Of a stretch of 32,000 bases of DNA, positions 7,220 through 15,566 are shown piece by piece. The notes under the pieces are model-generated. The model had not been told where the DNA came from. It was given only the letters and a program-made list of their open reading frames with translations, and did no database searches. Both the position numbers and the translations under genes were made by a program. Source of the DNA: Moraxellaceae bacterium (GTDB lineage Bacteria; Pseudomonadota; Gammaproteobacteria; Pseudomonadales; Moraxellaceae); assembly GCA_030646295.1 (NCBI GenBank), contig JAUSND010000006.1, positions 1-32,000 of the forward strand, given 5' to 3'. The number at the start of each line of letters is the position of its first letter. Positions within the stretch are counted from its first letter, which is position 1.

Positions 7220-7630
7220 GTGAACGTCAGTCTATTTCGCCATGCATTCATGCTCATTCTGCTCTCGCTCATTGGCGGATTATTCATCCATGCCATGGCC
7301 ATTCCAAGGCTTGGGCTTTCCGCGCATACCATCGGCGTTATCAGCGGCACCCTACTCATCGCGATTGGAGTCATCTGGCAAAACTTCCACCTCTCTGATG
7401 CACAGGGTGCATGGCTCAAGTGGTCGTGGCTTTATTCAAGCTACATCAATTGGCTTGCCTGCATCGTTGGCGCGTTTCTTGGCGCAGGAAAAATGACACC
7501 TCTTGCAGCCGCAGGTCATATCGGAAACGACGCCATAGAAATACTGGCTTCAGTTCTTTTTATAAGTGTCGCCATCTCCTCTTTCATCGCGGTGGGTCTG
7601 TCACTCTGGGGGTTGCGTCGCGTTTCGTAG
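7220..7630 (+). CDS. Four-TM small membrane protein, possibly hydroxylaminobenzene-mutase-like family
   Basis: GTG start 7 nt after AAAGGAGG. The ORF is hydrophobic throughout. The IPRLGLSAHTIGVISGT motif resembles small proteins often annotated HabA/B-like; this is recollection only. Confidence 0.65.
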   Translation: MNVSLFRHAFMLILLSLIGGLFIHAMAIPRLGLSAHTIGVISGTLLIAIGVIWQNFHLSDAQGAWLKWSWLYSSYINWLACIVGAFLGAGKMTPLAAAGHIGNDAIEILASVLFISVAISSFIAVGLSLWGLRRVS

Positions 7631-7697
7631 CACAATGTCTCCAAAAAATCGTTAAAGCCGGCAGCTTACAGCTGCGGCCTTAGCTAAATACATCAGG
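7628..7697 (+). other. Probable degenerate attC
   Basis: It has a bulged hairpin (GCCGGCAGCTtacAGCTGCGGC) followed by ccttagctaaa, as in the family 3' arm. No GTT core or RYYYAAC is recognisable. Confidence 0.35.
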
Positions 7698-7711
7698 CAC
7701 CAGGTGAAAAC

Positions 7712-8068
7712 TTGCCCAAGAACATACTCTTCATCTGTACGCAGAACAGGTTGCGAAGCCCTACTGCCGAGCAAATCTTCGCTGACTGGCCGGGCATTGA
7801 AACCGAATCCGCTGGCCTCGGGAATGATGCCGGACATCCGGTCTCACCTGAGCTGCTTGCCTGGTCAGACATGATCTTTGTTATGGAGAAGGCTCACCGC
7901 AACAAGCTCTCTAAAAAGTTCCGCACGTACCTTGGCGGCAAGCGAGTCATCTGCCTGGACATCCCGGATGAATATGACTTCATGGATCCTGTCTTAATTC
8001 AGCTACTCAAGGAAAAGGTCACACGCTTCTTGCCAACCACCCAGATCGGTGGCAACCCATCGGCCTAG
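7712..8068 (+). CDS. Low-molecular-weight phosphotyrosine phosphatase / ArsC-like family protein
   Basis: The N-terminal P-loop ILFICTQNRLRS fits C-X5-R-S. Its size and a TTG start are typical of short LMW-PTP-like proteins. Confidence 0.7.
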   Translation: MPKNILFICTQNRLRSPTAEQIFADWPGIETESAGLGNDAGHPVSPELLAWSDMIFVMEKAHRNKLSKKFRTYLGGKRVICLDIPDEYDFMDPVLIQLLKEKVTRFLPTTQIGGNPSA

Positions 8069-8122
8069 CAACGCACTCAAGTCTCACTTGGCAGCGGCTC
8101 GGTCTTGGCTCAAACGCTAGCG
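8063..8122 (+). other. attC site with mutated core (GCTAGCG)
   Basis: The sequence is GCCTAGCAACgcactcaag...cttggctcaaacGCTAGCG (8116-8122). The arms are complementary, but GTT has become GCT. Confidence 0.5.
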
Positions 8123-8133
8123 CATTAAATACA

Positions 8134-8538
8134 ATGATCGATTTCCTGTTTTTCCTTATGCCTGCCATCTGGCTCGGCACCACCCATCACCGGCGATGGG
8201 GAAGTATTCTGGATCCTGCGCACTGGGCAAGTGCATCCGGAATAGCGCTAGTGATGTATGTTTCCTACATGCTGGTTATTTTAGTGGCAGGCTCCGACGC
8301 ACTTAACTCTTACTACTCCTCAAACCATGGAGTCATGTCTTTCCGTGGCAAAATTAATGCCTTCATGCTGCCGAGCACAGGTCTGGCTATTGCCATGTTT
8401 CCCAAGGCGGCATCAGAGCAAATGTTTAATATACTTGCTGTCGCTCGTGCCGGAGCAATATCTGAGCTGGCTACGGTTATAGGTTGGAGCCTAGTTGCTT
8501 ACTGGCTCTTCTTCACTGCCTATTACATCAGCCATTAG
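8134..8538 (+). CDS. Hypothetical integral membrane protein (cassette ORF)
   Basis: It has four hydrophobic segments. I recognise no family and see no clear RBS. Confidence 0.55.
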   Translation: MIDFLFFLMPAIWLGTTHHRRWGSILDPAHWASASGIALVMYVSYMLVILVAGSDALNSYYSSNHGVMSFRGKINAFMLPSTGLAIAMFPKAASEQMFNILAVARAGAISELATVIGWSLVAYWLFFTAYYISH

Positions 8539-8539
8539 G

Positions 8540-8611
8540 CTCAAACTCGTTCAGGTGTAACCCGGAGTCAGGCTTCACCTGCCCCCGCAGCCCTCAATTC
8601 CAATGGTCGCG
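8540..8611 (+). other. attC site with mutated core (GGTCGCG)
   Basis: The sequence CTCAAACtcgttcaggtgtaacccggagtcaggcttcacctgcccccgcagccctcaattccaatGGTCGCG has the family central region, but both cores are degenerate. Confidence 0.55.
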
Positions 8612-8951
8612 CCCAGCACTTAAGAGCGCCGTTCCCTCTTTCCCTTTCTCTTGTTGCTGTCCATTCGCTATCACCGCACTTTTAGAAATCACAGAATAAA
8701 ACACCCGGCACGGTTGATGTGCAAAGCCAGCCCGTTGCCGGTGCACTGGTTAAATCCCGTAAGGAATGCCCCCAATGACTCGCTTACCTTATTGGTAATC
8801 GCCCCATCAGCTATAATCTCTTCATTCGCCATGAGAAAAATGAACTCAAGGCAGAAAGTGAGGCGTGACTGGCACCTCCAGAGACCATGCCTCCCTTGTA
8901 TATTGGCTATATGGGCAGAACCGGTTTACTACAAACCGTTCTGAGCGGTAG

Positions 8952-9029
8952 CTCTGACAACTCGTTTCAGGACTTATCCATGCTTGGGTTTTAACCAGGC
9001 ATGGATAAGCCCTGAACTACGGCGTCATG
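8952..9029 (+). other. Last attC-like site of the array (degenerate core GTCATGA)
   Basis: CTCTGACaactcgtttcagg is followed by a long palindrome, GGACTTATCCATGC...GCATGGATAAGCCC, and then cctgaactacggcGTCATGA. Confidence 0.55.
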
Positions 9030-9045
9030 AAACAAGGAGCGAGCC

Positions 9046-9525
9046 ATGTTCAACTCCACGATTCGGGATCGTCTTGAAGCCCAGGGGTTTTGCGACCTTG
9101 ATGACGCGACCCTGGCAGAAGTCGGGCCATGGTTAAGATGGGCGCCTGTTCTTTGCGCGCTATTCATGACCCTGGGCGTTTTCCTGCAATCGCCGGTGGT
9201 GTTGTGGGCGCTTGCAGCCACGGCTTTTCTGGGCGTTTTTCTGCCGTTTCATCCGTTTGATCTTCTCTACAACCATGGAGTCCGGCACCTCACCGGGACG
9301 CGACCGCTTCCGCATAATGGCCCGCAACGCAAGTTTGCCTGTGGCCTGGCCTCTGCATGGCTGCTTGCTACGGGCGGGGCCTTTTATGCGGGTGCAAGCA
9401 CGCTGGGTTTTGCGCTAGGAATTCCGCTCATTCTTGTGGCCGCCCTGGTGAGCATTACCCACATTTGCATTCCATCCATGATTTACAACTATCTGTTCGG
9501 CAAGGACGGAGCAGGCCGCGCGTAG
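9046..9525 (+). CDS. DUF4395-like membrane protein
   Basis: RBS AAGGAG lies upstream. The 159-aa product has 3-4 TM segments and the motifs FHPFDLLYN and THICIPS. The family call is from memory. GC content resembles the core genome. Confidence 0.7.
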   Translation: MFNSTIRDRLEAQGFCDLDDATLAEVGPWLRWAPVLCALFMTLGVFLQSPVVLWALAATAFLGVFLPFHPFDLLYNHGVRHLTGTRPLPHNGPQRKFACGLASAWLLATGGAFYAGASTLGFALGIPLILVAALVSITHICIPSMIYNYLFGKDGAGRA

Positions 9526-9645
9526 TCATGCGCACAACAAAGCATAGCGCCCCCTGAATCACCAGAAAGACTGCCCTGCATCACGGCGAACACCCGCATA
9601 CCGGGTAAACTGCCGCAATCAGCCACATCAGTCGGTCAGCCATCC

Positions 9646-10857
9646 GTGTACACGCCCCGCCAGCAATACCGTTCCGCCCTGCCACTGGCCATTCTGCTCG
9701 CTGCAGCCGGGGCGGTGCCTGCCGCATTTGCTGGTACCGAATCTGGCACAAAAACAGCCACCGGTACGCCGGCGGAGGCTCAGCCAGATGCATCGTCCGC
9801 AGCAAAGCCGCTCTCGCTGATCTCTGCCGAAGACGGTCATCTGGACGTCAGCGAATTTGTGGACCAGGCCTATGGCTTTATCCCGGTCCTTGTTCCGATT
9901 ACCGAACCGGCGGTGGGTGCCGGTCTGGCCGGGGCACTGGCGTTCATCGACAAGCCGGATCAGAAAGTAGGCAACGTGCAGCGCCCCAACATGTCGGTAC
10001 TCGGTGGTTTTGCCACGGAGAACGGCACGCAGGGTGTGCTGGCGGGCGACATGCGCTACTGGCTCGACGGCCGTCTGCAGACCATGGTCGGGGGGCTCGA
10101 TGCAACGGTGAATCTGGATTATTACGGTGCAGACGAGCAGAGCGCCCTGTACGACAACCCGCTCTCCTATGCACTGGACCTTAGCGGCGTCATGGCACAA
10201 GCCAGTTACCGCATCGGTCGCCACAGCTGGCTGGGGCTGGGCTACGTGATCGCTGACACCGATGCAGGACTGGATAGCCAGACAGCCTTGCCCAGCACAC
10301 GGGATACATCAACCACACTGGGTGGCCTGACGATTTCGGCAACATGGGATACGCGCGACAATCTGTTCACACCCCGCGGCGGCAGCTACCTGACGCTGTC
10401 GAATATCGCGTTTGACGAAGCACTGGGCAGTGACCGCGACTTTAACCGCGTCAGCGTGGTCGGCATGCAATACCTCACCCTGGCACCTGACTGGTACATG
10501 GGCTGGCGTGAAATGCTGGCCAGCGGCTCGGGCGATACCCCGTTCTACGCCAAGCCCTACGTGTACATGCGCGGCGTGCCCGCCATGCGTTATCAGGGCG
10601 ACAACATCGCCCAGATCGAAACCGAACTCACCTGGCAGTTTCATCCGCGCTACAGCGCGCTGGCCTTTGTTGGCACCGGTGCTGCTTCCAGGGAAATCGG
10701 CGAGTTCTCGCGCAGCAGTGATGTTGTTGCCGGTGGTGCCGGCATGCGCTACGAGATTGCGCGCAAATACGGCGTGCACATGGGAATGGATGTGGCGTGG
10801 AGCCGCGATGGTGGTGCTGTCTACATACAGTTCGGCAGCGCCTGGATGCGTCCGTGA
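9646..10857 (+). CDS. Omp85/surface-antigen (D15) family outer-membrane beta-barrel protein
   Basis: It has a signal peptide (LPLAILLAAAGAVPAAFA), alternating beta-strand patterns, WDTRDNLFTPRGG, and a C-terminal aromatic-rich end (YIQFGSAW). Confidence 0.75.
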   Translation: MYTPRQQYRSALPLAILLAAAGAVPAAFAGTESGTKTATGTPAEAQPDASSAAKPLSLISAEDGHLDVSEFVDQAYGFIPVLVPITEPAVGAGLAGALAFIDKPDQKVGNVQRPNMSVLGGFATENGTQGVLAGDMRYWLDGRLQTMVGGLDATVNLDYYGADEQSALYDNPLSYALDLSGVMAQASYRIGRHSWLGLGYVIADTDAGLDSQTALPSTRDTSTTLGGLTISATWDTRDNLFTPRGGSYLTLSNIAFDEALGSDRDFNRVSVVGMQYLTLAPDWYMGWREMLASGSGDTPFYAKPYVYMRGVPAMRYQGDNIAQIETELTWQFHPRYSALAFVGTGAASREIGEFSRSSDVVAGGAGMRYEIARKYGVHMGMDVAWSRDGGAVYIQFGSAWMRP

Positions 10858-10865
10858 CTCATGAC

Positions 10866-12086
10866 CTAGACAAACTGCCCGGCCGCGTTCCCGGATGACC
10901 AGGCCCACTGGAAATTGAAGCCCCCCAGATGGCCGGTGACATCCACCACCTCGCCAATGAAATACAGGCCTGGCTGCGTCTTGCTCTCCATGGTTCTGGA
11001 GGACAATTCCTGTGTATCAACTCCGCCCAGGGTGACTTCGGCAGTGCGGTAGCCCTCGGTGCCTGATGGCTTGAGCGTCCAGTGCCCCAGCCCTTCGGCA
11101 ATCGTCAGTAATACCGCATCCGGAATCTCGGCCATTGCGGTTTCTGCCCACTGCTGCCAGAAAATCGTCTGCAGCTCCTGCACCAGGCTCTTGGCCAGCA
11201 ACGGCGTCAGCAGCGTGCGCAACAGTGATTTGGGGTGGTCCTTCTTTTGCTGTTTGAGCCACTGCGGCAAATCAGTTTCCGGCAGCAGGTCCATGGCAAT
11301 CGGCTCGCCCACCTGCCAGTAATTGGATAACTGCAATGCAGCCGGGCCACTCAGGCCGCGATGCGTGAACAGCACATTTTCGCTGAAGGACTGCTGTGCG
11401 GTGCCCAGCACCACATCCACGGCAAGTCCCGACAGGCGCTCGGAAACGGACTTGAAGCCGTCACTGAACATGAAGGGCACCAGACCGGCTCGCACTGGCA
11501 GTACCTGCAGACCGAACTGCCGGGCAATGTCGTAGCCAATGCCGCTGGCACCCATGGTGGGAATGGACAGGCCACCGGTGGCCACCACCAGTGACCGTGC
11601 AGTGAAGTCGCCCTTGCCGGTGTTCACGCTGAAGCGCTTTTCTGCATCTGCCTCGCCCATGGCCGCGACGGTCTTTATCTCGCAATGCGTCTGTATCCGG
11701 ACCTTTGCCTGCTCGCACTCGGTGACCAGCATGTCGAGAATGTCTTTGGCCGAGTCATCACAGAACAGCTGGCCGTGCTTGCGCTCGTGATAGGGAATGC
11801 GGTGCTTTTCGACCAGCGCGATGAAGTCCCACTGCGTGTAGCGGTCCAGCGCCGAGATGCAGAAATGCGGATTGGCGGAGAGAAAGTTGCCGGGTTCGAC
11901 AAACAGGTTGGTGAAGTTGCAGCGCCCGCCGCCCGACATCAGGATTTTCTTGCCGATCTTGTTGCTGGCATCAAGCACCAGCACACTGCGTCCGCGCTGA
12001 CCGGCCGTGAGTGCGCACATCAGGCCTGATGCGCCACCGCCGATGATGATGACGTCAAAATGGGTCAAGAAGGTTTGCTCGGACAT
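10866..12086 (-). CDS. HI0933/YhiN-family NAD(P)/FAD-dependent oxidoreductase
   Basis: The N-terminus FDVIIIGGGASGLMCA is a Rossmann motif. Also present are ...GGGRCNFTN... and the C-terminal GEVVDVTGHLGGFNFQWAWSSG. The ATG at 12086 is preferred over the longer track start. Confidence 0.85.
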   Translation of the reverse strand: MSEQTFLTHFDVIIIGGGASGLMCALTAGQRGRSVLVLDASNKIGKKILMSGGGRCNFTNLFVEPGNFLSANPHFCISALDRYTQWDFIALVEKHRIPYHERKHGQLFCDDSAKDILDMLVTECEQAKVRIQTHCEIKTVAAMGEADAEKRFSVNTGKGDFTARSLVVATGGLSIPTMGASGIGYDIARQFGLQVLPVRAGLVPFMFSDGFKSVSERLSGLAVDVVLGTAQQSFSENVLFTHRGLSGPAALQLSNYWQVGEPIAMDLLPETDLPQWLKQQKKDHPKSLLRTLLTPLLAKSLVQELQTIFWQQWAETAMAEIPDAVLLTIAEGLGHWTLKPSGTEGYRTAEVTLGGVDTQELSSRTMESKTQPGLYFIGEVVDVTGHLGGFNFQWAWSSGNAAGQFV

Positions 12087-12253
12087 TGGAAGAGGGATTG
12101 CCAGGAGATTGACTGCCCTGGCCGGCACAGGGCCGCCAGCCCTTGATTATAAAGGGGCCACTGGTGCGATTGCCATGCAAGCGACCTGCATCAAGGCAGA
12201 CCCCCCGACAAAGTGCTAGCTTAACAAGTGGACATTGCCTTCTGGAGACCGTC

Positions 12254-12784
12254 ATGCCCCTCTCTGCGCCCTTGTTGCAGCCACGAATGCGCCCACGAAC
12301 CATTCAGGCCGGGCTACTGGCCCTGGTGATGGCCACCAGCTCCGCCGCTGCAATTGCGGGTTCCCCGGCATCCGGGCATGAAGCACACCACCTCCCCCCG
12401 TCATCAGGCCTGATGCTGAACGGCGAGGCTCGCTGGGGCACTGACTCCGCCCTGCGCAGTGGCATGAACGGCATCCGCGAGGCTGTGGTCAGTACCCTGC
12501 ATGGCGCTGGCGAGCGGCCGATGACTGCTCAGGAAGCCTCCGCCCTGGCCGGCACCATCCAGAACCAGGTCAGCTACGTGATCGCCAACTGCAAGCTGGC
12601 ACCACAGGCCGATGCCGTGCTGCATGTCCTGCTGGGGCAGTTACTGGAGGGGGCGGCGGCACTCAAGCAGAATCCTGCCGATGCAGCCGCGCTGCAGACC
12701 ATCATCGAGGCACTGAAAAACTATCCGGTCTATTTTGATCACCCGGACTGGAAACCCGTGACGGCGCCCGAGCTGCAGTCCTGA
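12254..12784 (+). CDS. Hypothetical periplasmic protein
   Basis: The ATG at 12254 follows GGAGA. It has a signal-like segment (AGLLALVMATSSAAAIAG) and a His-rich stretch (GHEAHHL). I recognise no family. Confidence 0.6.
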   Translation: MPLSAPLLQPRMRPRTIQAGLLALVMATSSAAAIAGSPASGHEAHHLPPSSGLMLNGEARWGTDSALRSGMNGIREAVVSTLHGAGERPMTAQEASALAGTIQNQVSYVIANCKLAPQADAVLHVLLGQLLEGAAALKQNPADAAALQTIIEALKNYPVYFDHPDWKPVTAPELQS

Positions 12785-12803
12785 GCTGCACAAGGAGCCG
12801 AGT

Positions 12804-13811
12804 GTGACTGCCATTTTCTCCTGGCTGAATGACCAGCTGCTGCGCATGCAGTGGCTGCATGATCTTGTCCGCCTGCTGGTCGAGCAGGTGTTCGGGCTGG
12901 ACATGGCCAGTCGTGTCGGCGGCAGCATTCACTTTTTCATTTACGACGTCATCAAGATTTTCATTCTGCTGTGCGTACTGATTTTCTCGATCTCGTGGGT
13001 GCAAAGCCATTTTCCACCGGAACGCACCCGCGTCATTCTGGGCCGCTTCAGCGGCATGAAGGCAAACATTCTGGGCGCGCTGCTTGGCACCCTGACGCCC
13101 TTCTGTTCGTGCTCGTCCATTCCCCTGTTCATCGGCTTCACCGGGGCCGGCCTGCCGATTGGCGTAACCTTTTCTTTCCTGATTTCGTCGCCGCTGGTGG
13201 ATCTGGCGTCAGTCATCCTGCTGGCCAGCATCTTCAGCTGGCCGATTGCGCTCGCCTATGTGAGCGTTGGCGTTGTGCTGGCGGTACTGGGTGGTGCACT
13301 GATTTCACGACTGCACATGGAGCAGCATGTCGAGCCCATTGCCTTCAATGCGCACATGGGGACCATCGCCGCACAGGAAATGAGCTGGCAGGATCGCGCC
13401 GCGTTTTCAAAAGACCAGGTCATCGACATCACCCGCCGCGTCTGGCTGTATATCCTGATTGGTGTCGCTATCGGTGCCGCCATTCACAACTGGATTCCCG
13501 AAAACCTGATCGCCAGTCTGCTGGGCCAGGACAAATGGTATTCGGTACTGGTGGCCACCCTGATCGGCCTTCCCATTTATGCCGACATCTTCGGTACGCT
13601 GCCGATTGCCGAGGCACTGGTGGCCAAGGGCGTGGGGCTGGGCACGGCACTTGCCTTCATGATGTCGGTGACGGCACTGTCGCCACCCTCGCTCATCATG
13701 CTGCGCAAGGTGGTACGGCCCCGGCTGCTGGCCACGTTTTTCGCCATTGTCACGATTGGCATTGTGATCATCGGCTATGTGTTCAATGCCATCAGCCACT
13801 GGTTTGTGTAA
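12804..13811 (+). CDS. Permease of the PF03773 (ArsP/DUF318) type
   Basis: It is polytopic, with the characteristic LTPFCSCSSIPLF motif. It is followed by a small thioredoxin-like gene, a commonly seen pair. Confidence 0.8.
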   Translation: MTAIFSWLNDQLLRMQWLHDLVRLLVEQVFGLDMASRVGGSIHFFIYDVIKIFILLCVLIFSISWVQSHFPPERTRVILGRFSGMKANILGALLGTLTPFCSCSSIPLFIGFTGAGLPIGVTFSFLISSPLVDLASVILLASIFSWPIALAYVSVGVVLAVLGGALISRLHMEQHVEPIAFNAHMGTIAAQEMSWQDRAAFSKDQVIDITRRVWLYILIGVAIGAAIHNWIPENLIASLLGQDKWYSVLVATLIGLPIYADIFGTLPIAEALVAKGVGLGTALAFMMSVTALSPPSLIMLRKVVRPRLLATFFAIVTIGIVIIGYVFNAISHWFV

Positions 13812-13841
13812 CCCCTCCATTCACTGCAAGGGCATGACGAC

Positions 13842-14072
13842 ATGATCATCAAGATACTGGGATCGGGCTGCAGCAAATGCGTAACGCTGACCGAGAACAC
13901 CCGGCAGGCGCTGGCAAAAACCGGCAAGCAGGCCGAGATCGTCAAGGTAACGGACTTTGCCGACATTGCCGCCTATGGTGTGATGTCGACACCAGCACTG
14001 GTCATTGACGAAAAACTGGTGTCTTACGGCAAGGTATTAAAGCCCGATGAAATCACTGCACTGCTGCCCTGA
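13842..14072 (+). CDS. Thioredoxin-fold protein (redox-active disulfide protein 2 type)
   Basis: 76 aa, starting MIIKILGSGCSKC (CxxC) and containing ...GVMSTPALVID... Confidence 0.8.
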   Translation: MIIKILGSGCSKCVTLTENTRQALAKTGKQAEIVKVTDFADIAAYGVMSTPALVIDEKLVSYGKVLKPDEITALLP

Positions 14073-14093
14073 CTGCCTGCACGAGTACGCCTG

Positions 14094-15566
14094 ATGAATC
14101 CTCTGGATATTTCGCGCCGTGCCAGCGCAAGCTTTTATCACCTGACAGATGTCTCGCTGGAAGGCTGCGCCTGTCAGGGCCTGGCATGTTTTGCGGCGCG
14201 CGCCGACAACCCGCAACGCTGGCAGCAGGCACGCGCCAGCTCGCCTGCCGTTTACTGCCTTGGCCAATGCCACCATGCTCCTGCCGCCTTTGCAGACGAT
14301 GCTGACAATGCAGACGTTGCCATCGGCGTGCATTCAAGCGCGACGGTACTGCTGGGCAATCTGGTACAGGGTGGCGCCCGCGACATTGCCACTTACCGTG
14401 AACGTGGTGGCGGCAAGGCCATGCGACTGGCGCTTGCCACGTATCCGGGCAAGGTGATTGCAGAGCTTGAAGCCTCCGGCCTGCGTGGCCGTGGCGGGGC
14501 GGGGTTTCCCGCCAGCACGAAATGGCGGGCCGTGGCCAGCGCATCAGCGCCGCAGAAATATCTGGTGGTCAATGCCGACGAAGGCGACCCCGGCAGTTTC
14601 AGTGATCGCCTGCTGCTGGAAAACGATCCCTTCCGCCTGATCGAGGCCTGCGTGATTGCCGCGCATGCAACCGGCGCATCACAAGGCATCATCTACTTGC
14701 GCAAGGAATACCCTGCTGCCCATGCCGTGCTGGAACATGCGATGGCACAGGCGCGCGAGGCGGGCTGGCTGGGCCAGGGCGTTCTTGGCAGCACCCTGGA
14801 TTTTGACCTGGGCATTCATATTGGCCAGGGCAGCTATGTCTGCGGTGAGGAAACCTCGCTGCTGAATTCACTGGAGGGCCGCCGCCCCGAGGTGCGCCTG
14901 CGACCACCACAAATTACGGAGCACGGGCTGCATGGCCAGCCGACGCTGGTCACCAATGTCGAGACCCTGTGCAGTGTGCCGTGGATCATCGAGAACGGTG
15001 GTGAACGCTATGCCACCATCGGCATCGGGAAAAGTCGCGGCACCAAACTGCTGTCCCTTAATTCACTGCTCAATCGCCCCGGACTTTACGAGGTCGACTT
15101 CGGTATTTCGCTGCGCGACATCGTTGAGAAAATCGGTGGCGGTTTGCGCCGTGGCCAGTTGAAGGGCGTGATGATTGGCGGGCCACTTGCCGGACTGGTC
15201 CCGGCCGCATTGCTGGATACTGCATTGGGTTACGAGGAGCTGCAGGCCATTGGCGCCGCTGTTGGTCATGGCGGTGTGATTGCCTTTGCCGATGACACCG
15301 CCATTGCAGAAATCGTGGCCGAGGTTTTCCGTTTTGGTGCACGGGAAAGCTGCGGCAAATGCACGCCCTGCCATCTTGGCTGCCCCGAACTGGCCAGCAG
15401 CTTTAGCGCCGTGCTGGCGGGCGAAAAAATGCCTGCCACACGCTGGCATGACCTGATTGATGCACTGGAGGCCACCAGCCTCTGCGGGCACGGGCGCGGG
15501 CTGGCGGAATTTGCCCGAGCCATTGAACGGCACTATCCGGAGGAGCTGGCGCAATGCTTCGCATAA
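14094..15566 (+). CDS. NuoF-like NAD/FMN-binding subunit (formate dehydrogenase beta-type)
   Basis: It has GRGGAGFPASTKW (FMN site), NADEGDPGSF, YVCGEETSLLNSLEG and ESCGKCTPC (4Fe-4S). It overlaps the downstream fdh alpha gene by 13 nt. Confidence 0.85.
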   Translation: MNPLDISRRASASFYHLTDVSLEGCACQGLACFAARADNPQRWQQARASSPAVYCLGQCHHAPAAFADDADNADVAIGVHSSATVLLGNLVQGGARDIATYRERGGGKAMRLALATYPGKVIAELEASGLRGRGGAGFPASTKWRAVASASAPQKYLVVNADEGDPGSFSDRLLLENDPFRLIEACVIAAHATGASQGIIYLRKEYPAAHAVLEHAMAQAREAGWLGQGVLGSTLDFDLGIHIGQGSYVCGEETSLLNSLEGRRPEVRLRPPQITEHGLHGQPTLVTNVETLCSVPWIIENGGERYATIGIGKSRGTKLLSLNSLLNRPGLYEVDFGISLRDIVEKIGGGLRRGQLKGVMIGGPLAGLVPAALLDTALGYEELQAIGAAVGHGGVIAFADDTAIAEIVAEVFRFGARESCGKCTPCHLGCPELASSFSAVLAGEKMPATRWHDLIDALEATSLCGHGRGLAEFARAIERHYPEELAQCFA

